Of a stretch of 64,000 bases of DNA, positions 11,840 to 24,475 are shown in pieces (position 1 is the stretch's first letter; each line of letters begins with the position of its first letter). A model generated the notes under the pieces. That model did no database searches. It saw only the letters and a list, made by a program, of their open reading frames with translations, and was not told the origin of the DNA. Source of the stretch: Lama glama (taxonomy: Eukaryota); the NCBI GenBank assembly GCA_028534125.1, contig CM052818.1, positions 22,570,001 through 22,634,000 of the forward strand, in the 5' to 3' direction. A program made the translations under genes and the position numbers.

Positions 11840-12629
11840 GTCTTTATAGCAAAGCAACCATATGATATAATTTTTAATATACTTTTATAGAGGAAAGGGT
11901 CCACAAAGGCAGAGGCACGCAGGCTCATGGAAGTCAGTGTGTGACTTTGGAGGCTCTGGGTGCCATGGCTGTCAAGGGCCAGCGTCTGAACTAACATGGG
12001 GGCTAGATCCTTGCCTCTCTCCTTCTCAAAGGTCTAAAACGTAACCCCCTTAGGACAGGCTGTCCCCAGCAGGCCCCTGAACCTTACTCCCCCTCCCAAA
12101 GCTGGCACCACCACATCTAACCTCACATCCACGTGGCCAAACCCATCCAGGAGGCCACTGGGCAAAGCAAGAGTGGTCAGGGCAGAGAGGAGGGTGGGCC
12201 TCAAGCCAGGGTCAACAGAGGGGCTCGGCTGGGGCCATCGGCTGTGCCAGTGTCTCCTCTTTGTGCTAGAGAAGGACTTGCCAGCACGTTCCCAGCAAAG
12301 ACTATGTCCATGAGGAGCACACAACTCCTTCCATCCATGTTCAAATTAGCCCGCCCAGCTGCACTCAGCTGGTTGCAATTGCAGCCCCGTTGGGCTGGGG
12401 CTTCACTTTCAACATTGATTTACAGGAAACACAAGGCTGCCTGAAATCCACTCAAATTCCTCCTCTGTGAAGCAATGGCCCTGGGAGGGAGGGAGGGGCT
12501 CTGGTACCCTAACATGGGGTGGGGGAGATGGAAGGTGGGGAGCATCCACAGAACTGGAGCTCTCTGCACAAGGAAGTGCCCCAGTGAACAGAGCCACCCC
12601 TCAGGGGGCTGGGAGGAGGCCTCCTTGGA

Positions 12630-13030
12630 GAAATGAGGTAGTCACATAGTGAATTCTACATAGCATAGAAAATAAGTGAGCCAGAGTCACACGTGTCCGC
12701 CTGCTGGAATCCCATAAACATACTGAGAGGCAAAAGAGTAATTGCACAAGAACACATATTAGAATGACATTATTTATACAGAGTTTCAGAGCATGCAAAA
12801 CAACGCTGGGAATACTCTAAGAAAATGTGCATCTGTAGTAAAAGGTTAAAGAAATTTGTGAGATTGAGGAATGCCAAATACCAGATAGTAGTTACTTCTT
12901 GGGGAAGAGAGGGTGCAGGGGAAGGGAGGTGTGTCTGGGAGATGCTCACGGAGGCCTTCAAATGGATTTGTAATTTTATTTCTGAAACTGGTTTGTGGCT
13001 ACATGAGTATTCATTACACCACTATTCGTT
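12630..13030 (+). mobile_element. Old L1 (L1ME-like) 3' UTR fragment
   Basis: 'gtagtcacatagtgaattctacatagcatagaaaataagtgagccagag...gacattatttatacagagtttcagagcatgcaaaac'. Confidence 0.55.
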
Positions 13031-13094
13031 CTGGTATTTTCAAGAGAATGAGGCCTGAAGAGGGGTGAAGGATGAAAGAAAATTTTCCACCTAA

Positions 13095-13224
13095 GGGGGA
13101 GGGCATAGGCCAGTGGTAGAGCACATGCTTAGCATGCATTAGGTCCTGGGATCAATCCCCAGTACTGCCATTAAAAATAAGCAAATAAACCTAATTACTG
13201 GCCCCCTCCAAAAAAAACCCAAAC
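13095..13224 (+). mobile_element. Camelid tRNA-Ala-derived SINE (Vic-1 type), full length
   Basis: GGGGGAGGGCATAGGCCAGTGGTAGAGCACATGCTTAGCATGCATTAGGTCCTGGGATCAATCCCCAGTACTGCCATTAAAAATAAGCAAATAAACCTAATTAC then C-rich and A-rich tail; decayed TSD aattttccacct / aatttccagct. Confidence 0.9.
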
Positions 13225-14751
13225 AATTTCCAGCTTCACATCCAGTATTCCCCAGGTCTAAAGTCCCCAAGGACCTTTCTGGATAACTCAGTGACTTTTG
13301 GAGCAACACCCACAGGGAGGGAAAATACAGCCACGGTCAAACCTGGATCCATCATCTCACTCCTGTATCCACCAGGGATGAGGGTGGGAGGGGGCCCTTC
13401 TCACTCAGAAGAGACCTCTGGCAGCCCAGAGGGGAGTTTGGGCACTCAGTGGGGGTGACTGCAAGCAATTGTGAAGTACCCACTGTGCTCAAGGCTGGGG
13501 TGAGGAAATGCACCCCGGGACTCCTGCCTGAGGTCCCAAAGCCCCACCATCACCCTATAAACCGACTCTCCCAGATGGCCCAACCCTCACACCCCTGGAC
13601 ATTCCCCTCCCTCCACACAGGCCTCGTAGGAAAAGCAGGAGCCCATATAGCTTCTCAGGCCCAGAACAGAGGCCTGCACCATAGCTGTGGCCTCAAACCC
13701 CAAGGCCAGCAGAGGGCCTGGGATCCAGCCATCTCCTACTCCTGCTCCTCCAAGAACTAGGAGACTGGGCCTGGGCCTGCTCCCTTCCTGCCTCCAGCAG
13801 CAGACCTGGTGGCTCGCTGTGGCCTTGCTGAAGTCAGGGGTGAAGCAACAGTTCCACCCTTACCCTAAAGGTGAGTCAAATGGAGCTAAGGCAGCAGCTG
13901 GCAGAAGAATCATTGTCAGAGAACATGGAGGCTGGTTGGAGGTTACAGATCAACTGGACAGACCTATCCACAGAGAAGGGACTAACACCCAGGAGGTGAC
14001 ATCATTGCCCAAGGTCACATGCTAATAAAGTGCAGATGCAGACCCGAGTTCTTTCCCCATCACTAGATGATCCCAGAAGCCTCAGTGACCCTGGGACCAA
14101 CATGAGTGTCCCTCCCAAGCTTGGTGGTCGCTGCTAGGTTGTCCCTGGGGACCTAGGCTGAGCCCAAGAACACCTTCTGGGGACAGGGCTCTGGGCCCTG
14201 ATTCCTCCTCCCCCTGGAGGCTACACATGGGGTGAAGCAGAAGCCACACTCGCAATGCCACATCTCAGGCCAAAAGCCTCCCTTCCCCTTCCTTCCAACC
14301 TAGGAAAATGGGGTAAAATCCAGAGATGTCTGGGTCTTCCCCCCAAGCCCAGTGATTCTCCAGTATTCCTTCTCGCTGAGGGAGGCTCCACTTCCCCCCC
14401 TCTTTGCACAAACCAGAAATCTGGAAGCCATCCTTGATATCTGTCACTTCCGTGGATAAGGTGCCCTGATCCAGAGAAGCCACTGCTCCAGACTCCCCAG
14501 AGGGGCCTTCCACAGGAAGAACAGAGGTCTGTGTCCCTTCCTGTAGACAAAGGAACCCTGTGCTACCCCAGGACAGTGCGGGTTAAAACATCCAGCTCTC
14601 AGGAAGTGGGCTGTGTCAGCTTTCAGCGAGGGGCATGAGCCTGTAAGGCACCTGATGCAAGGATTCCTCAGTTAGTTCCAGGCCGAGGACCTGGACATTG
14701 CAGGGAGCATCCCCGAACATCCAGAAGTAAGAGCCACCACATTTCACAGCA

Positions 14752-15092
14752 GCAGAGGGGCCAATGAGCCACAACCGGCCAGCAGACATGCACTGCCTGG
14801 CCTACACCATGTTTCAAGTTGGAATTTGTTGCCAGTACATCACATTAGGAAAGCCCAGATCTGAACGTAGAACTGGCTTCCCAGGGCTGGCATTTCGAAA
14901 CCACAACCCCTTTGTGCTGCAAGGCAGGTCAGCCCTGTGGACGGAGCATGTGCTCTACAGGAGCCTCTGTGCCCACCACTCCCCACTGCTCCCAAGCCTG
15001 GGGCCCAGTGTCTTTCCTGGGTCCTGTCCCTTCTCTCCTTACTTTACCTCCTGGGTCCCTTTGGGCAGTGGGGTTTGTGAACCCTCACTTTA
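14752..15092. mobile_element. hAT-Charlie (MER102-like) remnant
   Basis: 'ctggcctacaccatgtttcaagttggaatttgttgccagtacat...gcccagatctg' resembles the MER102 interior. Confidence 0.45.
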
Positions 15093-18000
15093 GGACCTGA
15101 GAACAAGTTTGCTGGTGGGAAAATATGGCTCCATGATGCATATATTCAGTGGGACAGCCCTTTCCCTGGCCTGCAGCAGCCAAGGTGGGAGGTGAGCCTG
15201 CCAGTTAGGGAAGACAGCCTGGGTGGGGGGCAACCAAACCCAAAGGCTACAGCAAGACAGGATAGCTTTGCCGTTCAGCCTACAGTCAAGCAGGGAGGAG
15301 AGGCTGGTGAGCCCCGCAGCCAGACAGCTGTGCCAGTTAGAGTTGGGAAGGTGATGGATGGCTGAACCTGCTGAGGGCTGGGAGCTGGCGTTTTTCTTCT
15401 AAGATTCTAAAGTAAGCCTCTTTCCAGAGTACAAGTTCATCCCAGGTCTTTCTGCCCTGACTCCCAGACTCGAAGCTCCCCACTCCTCTCTGGTCATGGG
15501 CCCACTGGACAGGGAGGGAAGGGCCGGGACTTACAATCCACGGGAGCCCTGAGCCTGCCCCAAAGATTTCCAAGACAAAGGTGGCAGGAGGTTCACTCAC
15601 CACGGAGGGACGGCCACCTGCCTAGGTGCAAATTCAACAGCAAGAAGGAGTTTAAAATCCCAGGGTGACCTGAAGGAGGACAAAAGTGGAAGCAGGAGGA
15701 AGGGATGCATTCTAGGGGGCAGGGGCCAAAGACACATGCACTCCCAGGGCACTGAAGGAAGGGACGCTCCATGGAGACCTTTAGATCTAAAGGGCAAATC
15801 CCGACTTTTCAAATGCCTCCCCCACTCCCACCCCCAAGTCTGTCCAGTTTGAATTCCTGTACTGGAAACCAGAGGGCAGGGTTGACTGGCATCCCTCAGC
15901 TCCTCGCCTTCCTCCCACATGCTCACACGATCCCCAAAAGGAAGAGCAGGCCCTGAGGTCAAATTCACTCAGGTCACAGGGAAACAAAGGGATGACCATG
16001 AAAGTCACCTGGCCAGAGAAACCATGAGACAAATGGATGGCTTCCTCCTGGTCAGGTTATGGGTGCCAGACACAATCACCATCGGAACAGCCCAGGCCCA
16101 TAAAAACAAGCTTTCAGGCAAAGCACAATTGTCTATTTCTCTATGTTTACGCAAACAGTGACGGACTTCTGATTCTGCCGGCACCAAAGATTTAATGAAA
16201 TCTTATTGGAGGAAAACTCAGGGTGGGGGGAAGCTCCACACTGTTAATTTAATATTTTCCTGCAGATTGAGACTAGGCAGCCAAGATTTGGTCTGAGCTG
16301 TGAGAAGACATTTGTTTCAGGTAATGAGTGTGAAGGTCCCTCAGGCACATGGTTTTGGAACCACGTCCTAATATGCCATTACCTCTGCCGTGTCACTTAG
16401 GTGTGACATGAAAGACGCCTGCCATCAGGGCCACCCCTCCCTGCCAGGTGGCCATGGGCATCCAGGAGCTATCCCAGCAGTGGGAGGGGGTCTACATGGA
16501 GACTTCTGGATTCTCCTACTCAACCCAGATTGGCTCACTGACTGGCCAGAGTCAGTGGCAATCAGAGTAAGACTGAGAACCACAGAGACCTCCAGGCCTT
16601 TCCCCAGCCCAAGTCAGCGCCTCTTTTTCCTGCTGGCAGACCCCAAACACTCAGCCTGACTCCTAACCCCCACCCTGGTGCGGGCATACCCCTCTCACCC
16701 TCGTTGTTTTGTTCCTTTTCCCAGAAATCAGTTTGTGCAGCAGGAAATGACTTCTCAGGCTTCCTCCTTTCTCACAGAACCCCCCAAACAAGCCCACAGA
16801 GCATCCTTTTCACTCGAAAGGCTTACCGCCAATCCTGAGGGAAAACAGAGTGGGGATGATAAAATTAACAACCGCAGGGAAGGCACTGGTGCCTGGGCAA
16901 CCTTCCTCTGGGGTTTTATAGCGACAGTCCTTGGCCGGCCAGTGTTAATGCTCTTTTTGCCCTGAAGCCAATCATCCTCCCTTTCAACCTTCACCCTCCT
17001 CCCCTCCTTCCTCAAACCTCCTCCAGGCATTTTAACTGCCAACAACTTACTTTCCCAACTTTGATTTATCTCCACCAGAGGGAATGCAAAGTTAGATCCA
17101 GCCCCACCCCCAATACCTTTTAAAAAAAGGAACCCAAACACACCCAGGCAAAAGTCTGACTGAGAGGTAAACAAACTCACTCAATTCCAGACAGACAGAG
17201 GCCCAAAGACACACATCCGTACACTCGGAGACAAAGCAAGGGCTCATGCCACCCCCCAACTCCCTCACACGCAGGACAGACCCACAGACACCAGAAGCCT
17301 GCCCTGCGCTGCAAGCCATTTGGAATATCTTTTGAGGAAAAACACTCGGCTCCAAAGAAGGCTCCTGACAGGGCCGTGGTTTTTTTCTTTTTTTTTTTCT
17401 TCCAGAGTGGCTGGATAAATTGCTTTTGTGCGAAAATAAACACAAGTGAACTGCATTAGCTGAGCGAGTGACACATTAGTTTCAGATGCGGGGCCTGTCA
17501 GAACATTGAGGAAACAGCTTTTATTGGGGAAGAGCTCAGAGACTCATAAATAACCGGTTGGCAACCTCACATAAACATTTGTGCGTTCACATAAACACCG
17601 CCTACCACAAACGCTGGCCTGGCTGCCAGCAGGGCCTGGAAGAGCCCCCTCCCCCGTCCTCAGAGCAAAACCGGGCAGAGAGGTGGGGGAAGGGTCACAG
17701 GCGCCTTTTCTCCCATAGTCCCAACTCCTTGGACTCTCGCTAACACCCTATTGGGAGGAGGGAAGGATCCAAGCTCTACCCTAAACGTCTGCCAGAGAAT
17801 GAGGGTCGAGGCCCAGCCACGACAGGACAGCAGGTCAGCCTTTCTTCCTCTACACAGAAGAGGACAGAATCGGGGGGAGGCGCTTGCACTGGGGGGTGGC
17901 ATTATTAAATAAAGCCAAGAAAGAAATTTAAAATGAAAATGCCTTAGAAACACCTGCTAGATAAACTCCAGTGGGTCCCTTCGGAATCATGGAGAAAGAA

Positions 18001-18156
18001 TGAGGGCAGTGCCACCCTCACTCCAAGGACAAAGGCCACAGAAAGTGGCACCAGCTCTGTCCATTCCTCCAGGATGCAGAAAGCCTGGGCTTCCCCCCAC
18101 TAGCTCTTGGGGATGCCCGCTGCATTGGACTCTCTCCTCTGAGTCCAAAACCTCAG

Positions 18157-18224
18157 AGCCACATCTAGCTGATCCCATAAAGAAGGGCAAAGCCACATCT
18201 AGCTGATCCCACAAAGAAGGGCAA
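18157..18224. repeat. 34-bp tandem duplication (2 copies, 1 mismatch)
   Basis: agccacatctagctgatcccaYaaagaagggcaa at 18157-18190 and 18191-18224. Confidence 0.95.
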
Positions 18225-18401
18225 AGCAGGCCATGGGAGCTGACACAGGGCTGTCCTCTCTCCTTCTGTGGTACCTGCCAACCCTCCAGGCTCCTAGTAC
18301 CCTCACACGCCACACCTGTCCCAAGCAAACTCTACTCTCTAGAAAGCATCAGATGCCTTTATTTGAGTTATAGTTAATGGCTATATGTGTTTCATTCTTA
18401 T

Positions 18402-18539
18402 TTTATTTTTTTGAAAGGAGGAGGTAATTAGGTTTATTTATTTATTTACTTTTTTTTTTTAATGGAAGGACTAGGGATTGAACCCAGGACCTCGTGCATG
18501 ATAAGCATGCGCTCTATCACTGAGCTATACCCTCCCCCC
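18402..18539 (-). mobile_element. Camelid tRNA-Ala-derived SINE (Vic-1 type) with perfect TSD
   Basis: Complete head and tail; identical 19-bp flanks atatgtgtttcattcttat at 18383-18401 and 18540-18558. Confidence 0.95.
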
Positions 18540-21500
18540 ATATGTGTTTCATTCTTATCCTTCTTCCTCTGTCACAAATGCTTAAGGCAAAGGGACAAAG
18601 TATGAAGTGGTAGGATTTAAAGCAAATGGCTAACACTCAACATTCCTATTAAATTTTTGAATCAGCCAAGAGGGGAGAGGAGTTGGGATCTTTTCAGGGA
18701 AGAAGGAGAGAATGCTCACTGGCCCCAAGAGCAAATCACAATGGTTAGCTTCAAAACCAGCTCCATCCTTCCACGGCTCAGTAACTTTCCATTGGTCCTC
18801 CACTTTCCACTTCAAAAGGCCAAAATCCTTGGACTGAGTGGCCTCTTTCTTTATCCATCATATTTCTTGATCTAGTCCAGCCGCCCCCGCTTCAACCTGA
18901 TTTCCCTCACTGCCTCTCAGGCTCCTGGGGGTCCAGCCCAGTTGAACTCATTCCACTCCTACCCGCCCAAATGTTATAATGTTGCACTTTCCCTTCCATC
19001 AATCCCTCTTCAAAGAAGGCCACTTCCTTCCAGTCCTGCAGGTTTAGATCCAACCCATCCTTCCAGACTCAATTCAAAAGGCACTTCATCCCTCTCTCCT
19101 TTGAACCCTGGGAGAGCTTTTCAGTGCCTTGTTGTTGACTTTTCTTCTTCTTCTAAGTTATTTGTATATCTGGCCCATCCTCCTAGAGATTTTAAAATCT
19201 CAGATCTGTGTCATATCAGTGTCTCAGGATTCCCTCTCCCCCAAACCCTAGCCGATGCCTGGTAAGTGGTAGGTGTGTTGTGTCCATGAAGGATGATCAT
19301 GAAGGTGTCTGGATTCACGGTCGTGATAGTGTAGGGGATGTGGGGGGCGGGGGCTGGAAGGAGGTAAATGGCAGAGTGTTGGAAACTGGCCAAATCTCCT
19401 CCTGGGCAGCCTCCCTTTCAGCTTTCATTTTGCAGTTCCACAACAAGCAGAGCCGTTGTTGCTTTGGAAGAGAAATTAAGATGCCAGGCAGGTACAGACA
19501 GCCAAGCACCATAGCTCTATTGAGTCAACCTCAGCCGTCTAGGCCCTTTCTTCCCGTCAACAAATGGAATGCTGTATGAGAAAATACAAAGCACAGCCCT
19601 AGATAGAAATATTGAAGGTTCTTTGGCCAGGACATCCCTCAGGAGAGAACAGTGTAGCCATAATTTATTGCATTCGATATTTTTGCTTCCAATCTTATTT
19701 TTATAGACATTATTTCATAGGCTGCAGCTTAAACACAGATGGAAACCATTCTGGCTTTGTAATAAGAGAAGGTTTATGGCGGGCCAGTGCACTGCTGTTT
19801 TGTGTGTGGGTAAACGCACATTATCATGTCCTTAGGTGGGGCAGGGAGATGCCTTTATTATGTGTTTAGACTTTGATCCAACAATTCTGCCTTCATCTCT
19901 CTCCTTGGCCAGGGCCTCTGGATGCTCCCAAAGAGAGGAAGTGACAAACACCATAGTGGGGCAAGGAGGAGGAGGAGGGATAATCCAGCCTTTGAAATGC
20001 ATTCCTGGCTCTGGCTAGATCTGCCATTCCTTGGGTCTGCAAAGGGCCTTGACCTAGAGAAAGCCTAGACCCCATAGGGCAGAGCTGAAAGGACACGAAC
20101 GCTATAGTGCTATATATATGACTGTGTTGTGTGATTTGCATTGTCTTTTGGGGTGGGGTGGCATTTAGAAAACTGAGCTCATAATGCTGATAATGCCTGG
20201 TGAGCCCTCTTCCCTCCACACAATATATCACAGGTACTTTCGTGTCAACGAACATTCATAACACACGGCCTGGCTTATAACATTTATAGTCTCGATGTAC
20301 TAAGGCTTGTTTAACTAGCCTCATTTAGGTCAGGGAATGGGGAAGAGAGGGTTATGGAGAGATCTAAGGAGGAAAATGGAGAAAGGGAGAGGGAGACAGA
20401 AAAGATGGGCCGGAGGACGCACTGCGCAGACCAGAGCTGGGGGTCAGGCACGTCTTGACCCAAGGTGCGGCCCCCTACACATTTATAGACTCACTGCTGG
20501 CGGGCAGTGGGTCAAATGGAGCCTGGGCAGGCAGCTTGGAAGACATGCCATCCAGCCCCTCCTGTCTTTCCTCCCAGGACGAGTTTTCGGCAGCCTGAGA
20601 AACCTTGGGAGTGTGTGTCAGGAAACACTGGAGACTTTGGGCTGATGGGGGAGCGGGGAGAGAGGAGCAGCAGCAGCTACATTCAGCTGGGAGGGTCAGC
20701 GGAAAGTGAATCGAGGGAGGGGAGAAGTGGGGAGGGACCCCTTGGGGCCTGAGGAAGGGTAATGTGTCCCACTTGCCAGGCTTCTGGGGGATTCCATGTG
20801 GAGGAGCAGCTGTGTGAAGAGTTACGAGAGGCTGTCCATGAGGCTCTCCATCCACATAGAGCCCCTCCAGAGAGCCCTGGGGGAGGGAAATGACCCCTCG
20901 CCGCCTGGCAGAAATGTGCCTTTGATGTTTATGGTACAGACGTTTCTACTGTGCACACCTGCAGTGGTACGATTCTGGTGGAGCCATCCTCGGAGGATTC
21001 CTCGCTGTTCCAACAAACCAAAGGAAGTGGTGGCCCGCACCGAGAAAGCCTTCTGCCTGCGCTGGGCCCAGTCACTTCTGCTCTGCTGGTGACTGTCACA
21101 CCTGCACCAGGGGCTTGGCCAGGGATGGAAAGCTCTCAAACAGGAGTGGGTGAATAATCTGCTTCAGGCAGCCACCAGCTTCAGGAAGATAGTGCCTACT
21201 ACCTGGGCTGCTTGAGAAATCTGGCCCAGGTGTTGAGCACAACAGACCAAGAAATCGAATTTCGCAAACGGTTATAACCAGGTGTGGAGGGCGTGTTGCG
21301 TTCTGGCTGCCTCCCTTCCTTAGGGGAACCAGGCATGCTTCCCCCAGCCACCAAGTCTGGGAGTTTTGGTGAGCCATCCATCAATCACGGGGCTCTCCAA
21401 GCCCCCTCCCTAAAAATAAAGTATGAGCACTATGTTTCTGTCCTTGGACTTCCCAACTGTGGAAGCTAATATAGTCCCTTTTTGCTTAAGCCTGTTCGAA

Positions 21501-21866
21501 TTGGTCTTTTATCACTTACAGCTGACAACTGATACACCAGGCTAATAACTGACTATGAAATCTGTTTCAGACCAAAGAACTAAATAAGAGAATGAGTCTT
21601 CCAAGGGTCAGGGTTCCACAGAACTTCAAGAGGGAGGCACACCTCTGCCAGACCTGTACAGGATGGCTGGAAGCAGTAATCACACACGCACGTGTGCACA
21701 CAGTTAAAGAGCACATGGATACCTCTGTCCCCTGGGATCTGGCACTCAGCACTAGCAAAGAGTGATCTCTAACTCTGAACATACACTCTCCTGGGCAGCA
21801 TCATTCAGGGCCCAGGGAAACGCTTCTCCACATTATTCGTGTTAAATTCTTGAACCAAAAGGAGAT

Positions 21867-22011
21867 CTGGGAACTATATTCAATATCTTTTAATAACCTT
21901 TAATGAAAAAGAATATGAAAATGAATATATGTATGTATATGCATGACTGGGACATTATGCTGTACACCAGAAATTAACACATTGTAACTGACTGTACTTC
22001 AATTTAAAAAG
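21867..22011 (+). mobile_element. 5'-truncated L1 3' end (lineage-specific artiodactyl L1)
   Basis: 'gggaactatattcaatatc...aatgaaaaagaatatgaaaa...tgtacaccagaaattaacacattgtaactgactgtacttcaatttaaaaa'; TSD aaaggagat at 21858-21866 and 22012-22020. Confidence 0.85.
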
Positions 22012-22705
22012 AAAGGAGATTGTGTTTAAATGCTATAAAAACGAGTGGGTTGTGTTGCTACTGACATCAGAGATGGACCCTGCTCTGGAGCATAAGGAGG
22101 ACTGAATGGTAGAAGCACTTAGGCAAGTGAAAAGTTGGACTGATTTAACAAATCCTTCCTCTCAGATAGCAAGAATGCAATAAAAGTAGCATGTCCCAAT
22201 AGTGGCAAACATGCATTTTCTTGCTTCTCTTTGTAGTTCCAGAGGTACTCACAAATTAGCACAGTAGTTGTTATAATTGTACATGGCAGCTGAGAACATT
22301 TTCCAGTATACATAATTCATAATTCTCCTACATTTGTACATATGCAGATCAAGATGTAACATGCATGCAGTGTGGTACTGATTCTTTACATTGGCAACTG
22401 GATAGACATCAAACAACACTAGAACTGTGTATGATTGATTATATTTTTATAAAAGTATTTACTAAGATTTAACTAAATTCTCAAAACTTAAATTAAAATT
22501 CAGTTTTAAATATTTTATTAAAAATCCTGTATTTATTAGACAAAATGAAATAGTTATACTATTAGTTATATTTGCCTTTTAATCTTCATAGATAATTTTG
22601 AATATTAAAAAACATTTAAAATTTATAAGAAAAGGAATTTGAAGCTCTGACCTTTTACAATTTAATTTGCATTTTTATTAAAATACACATAATTTTCTTT
22701 TACAC

Positions 22706-23237
22706 TTTCAGTTACCTATTGCTGCATAACAAATCCTAAAACTTAGTGGCTTAAAATAAATTATTTTTTTCTCTCAGTTTGATGGATTGACTGCCAGTGG
22801 TCACTTGGAGGAGGATGTCTCTGGTGTGGCTGCAGTCGAATGGTGACAAGGTCTAGAGTCAAAAGCAGGTTCAGCTAGACTGTACGTCCAAGATGGCAGT
22901 ATCCATACTCACAACCAGGGCTCAGCTGGGATGGCTGGAACAACTCTACTGCTCTCTCCTGTGACCTGTCCACATGGCTAGCTTGGCAGTCTCAGAGGAA
23001 TCAGACTTCTTACACGATGGCTGGCTTATCCCAGGATAAGCATTGAAAGAGACCCAGGTGGAAGCCAAAAGGCTTCCTGTGACCTGTTCTCAGAAATCAC
23101 TCAGCATCACTGTTGCTTTCTATTGGCCAGAAGTGAGTCACAGGGACAGCCCAGCTTCAAGAGAGAGGAATACACAAGGTCATGAATAACAGGAGATGTT
23201 GTTCACTGGGGGCTGGCTCTGAAGGCTGGCCACCACA
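22706..23237 (-). mobile_element. MaLR LTR (MLT1G/H-like), 3' LTR of a minus-strand element
   Basis: Minus strand starts TGTGGTGGCCAGCC and ends ...AAGCCACTAAGTTTTAGGATTTGTTATGCAGCAATAGGTAACTGAAA; preceded by a PPT-like GGGGCCAGAGGGCAGAC. Confidence 0.75.
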
Positions 23238-24475
23238 GTCTGCCCTCTGGCCCCTCGAATTTTCAAAAGACACTCACTGTCCAAGACCCCCAAGGTCTCA
23301 TCCATGGATGAGACACATCAGGCTTAGGCTCTAAACCCAGGATCCCGACATCTACTTCAGGGCCACTATAGGGGAGGCCCCTCAGGTGTGGGTGCTTAGG
23401 GATGCTTCCTCTTGGTCTGAGGATCTGTGAACTAATGAGACAAGTTATCTTTCCCCACAAATCCAACACACAACCAGGAGGTCAGCACAGGGCAACTGTG
23501 ATAGACATTCTTGTTCAAAAAGGAGGAAAAGTGGTGCAGAGCAATTCTGAAATCAAGCCAGTTCCTTTCTTAGCGCCTGGTCCTGCTCTCTAGGAGTGGT
23601 TGTCTGTGGCTCTCCACTCCACAGTCTCAGTTATCCTTCCTTCTCTGGAAGAAACGGTCAGTTGTTTGCAGCCAAATCAACTTCTCAGCCTGCTTCCTGC
23701 CCATAAAAAAGCGTCTCTTCATTTTGAACTGTCTCTCTCCCTTGCAATCCAAGCTGGAAAAATTCTATAATTCTATCAAATTATAACCTACTCCATTAGA
23801 CAAAAGGCCCACCCTCAATTATTTCCAAAAAGGCCCTTCTCACCTTAAGCCACCTGGAAGTTGCTGTGGTAGTCTTAGTCCTGTTGCCCAGCAGAGAGGA
23901 CCTGAGAGGTACACCCTTAACATCCTTAGAAGCCCTGTTGTCTATCCAAAGGGTCTTAAAGACATGCCCTTAAATATTTCTAAAGGGTTTTACAGCCACT
24001 CCCATGGCTATACCTGAGGTCTCATTTTACAGGCAGCTTCCTGGGTGTCATCTCTGCCCTGAGACCATTTCTTACTTTTCCAGGCTTTTGCTGGCTGGAA
24101 CAGTAGACCTGGGCTCCTTCAATTTCCTATATTCTGCTCCAAAGCTTCTGTAGTTCGTCTCTGTCTTTTCCTTTCTTATCAGAGTGAGCCAGAAGAAACT
24201 AGTGAGCACTTCCAACATCCTGCCTGGAAATTATCTTAGCCAGATCACAAGTTCATTAGGCACCCTTTCTACTTGCCCCAGGACTATAGGGGATGGTTTC
24301 ACATAATTCTTCTGAGTGACTCTCTCAGGTCCTCTCTTCTCCAGCCTCTGATAACAGTTTCCTTACTGTTTCAGGCCTTTGGGAACTCCTCAAGACTCTT
24401 CAGCTTCTGCCCTCCAACTGTCCCAAAGCAAACCACAGGCTCTAGATTTTTGTTACATCACTCACTTCCAGCACC
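23238..24475 (-). mobile_element. MaLR internal region (MLT1-int)
   Basis: Minus strand starts GGTGCTGGAAGTGAGTGATGTAACAAAAATCTAGAGCCTGTGG (MLT-int 5' signature) and ends at the purine tract next to the LTR. Confidence 0.65.

Noticed and set aside
13095..13170. tRNA-Ala(AGC)-like sequences here and at 2267, 18460 and 50580
   Set aside because: They are SINE heads: shared non-tRNA tail, TSDs, broken stems, and a mutated anticodon in some copies
18157..18224. Direct repeats suggestive of a CRISPR-like array
   Set aside because: Only two adjacent copies with no spacer, in a mammalian genome
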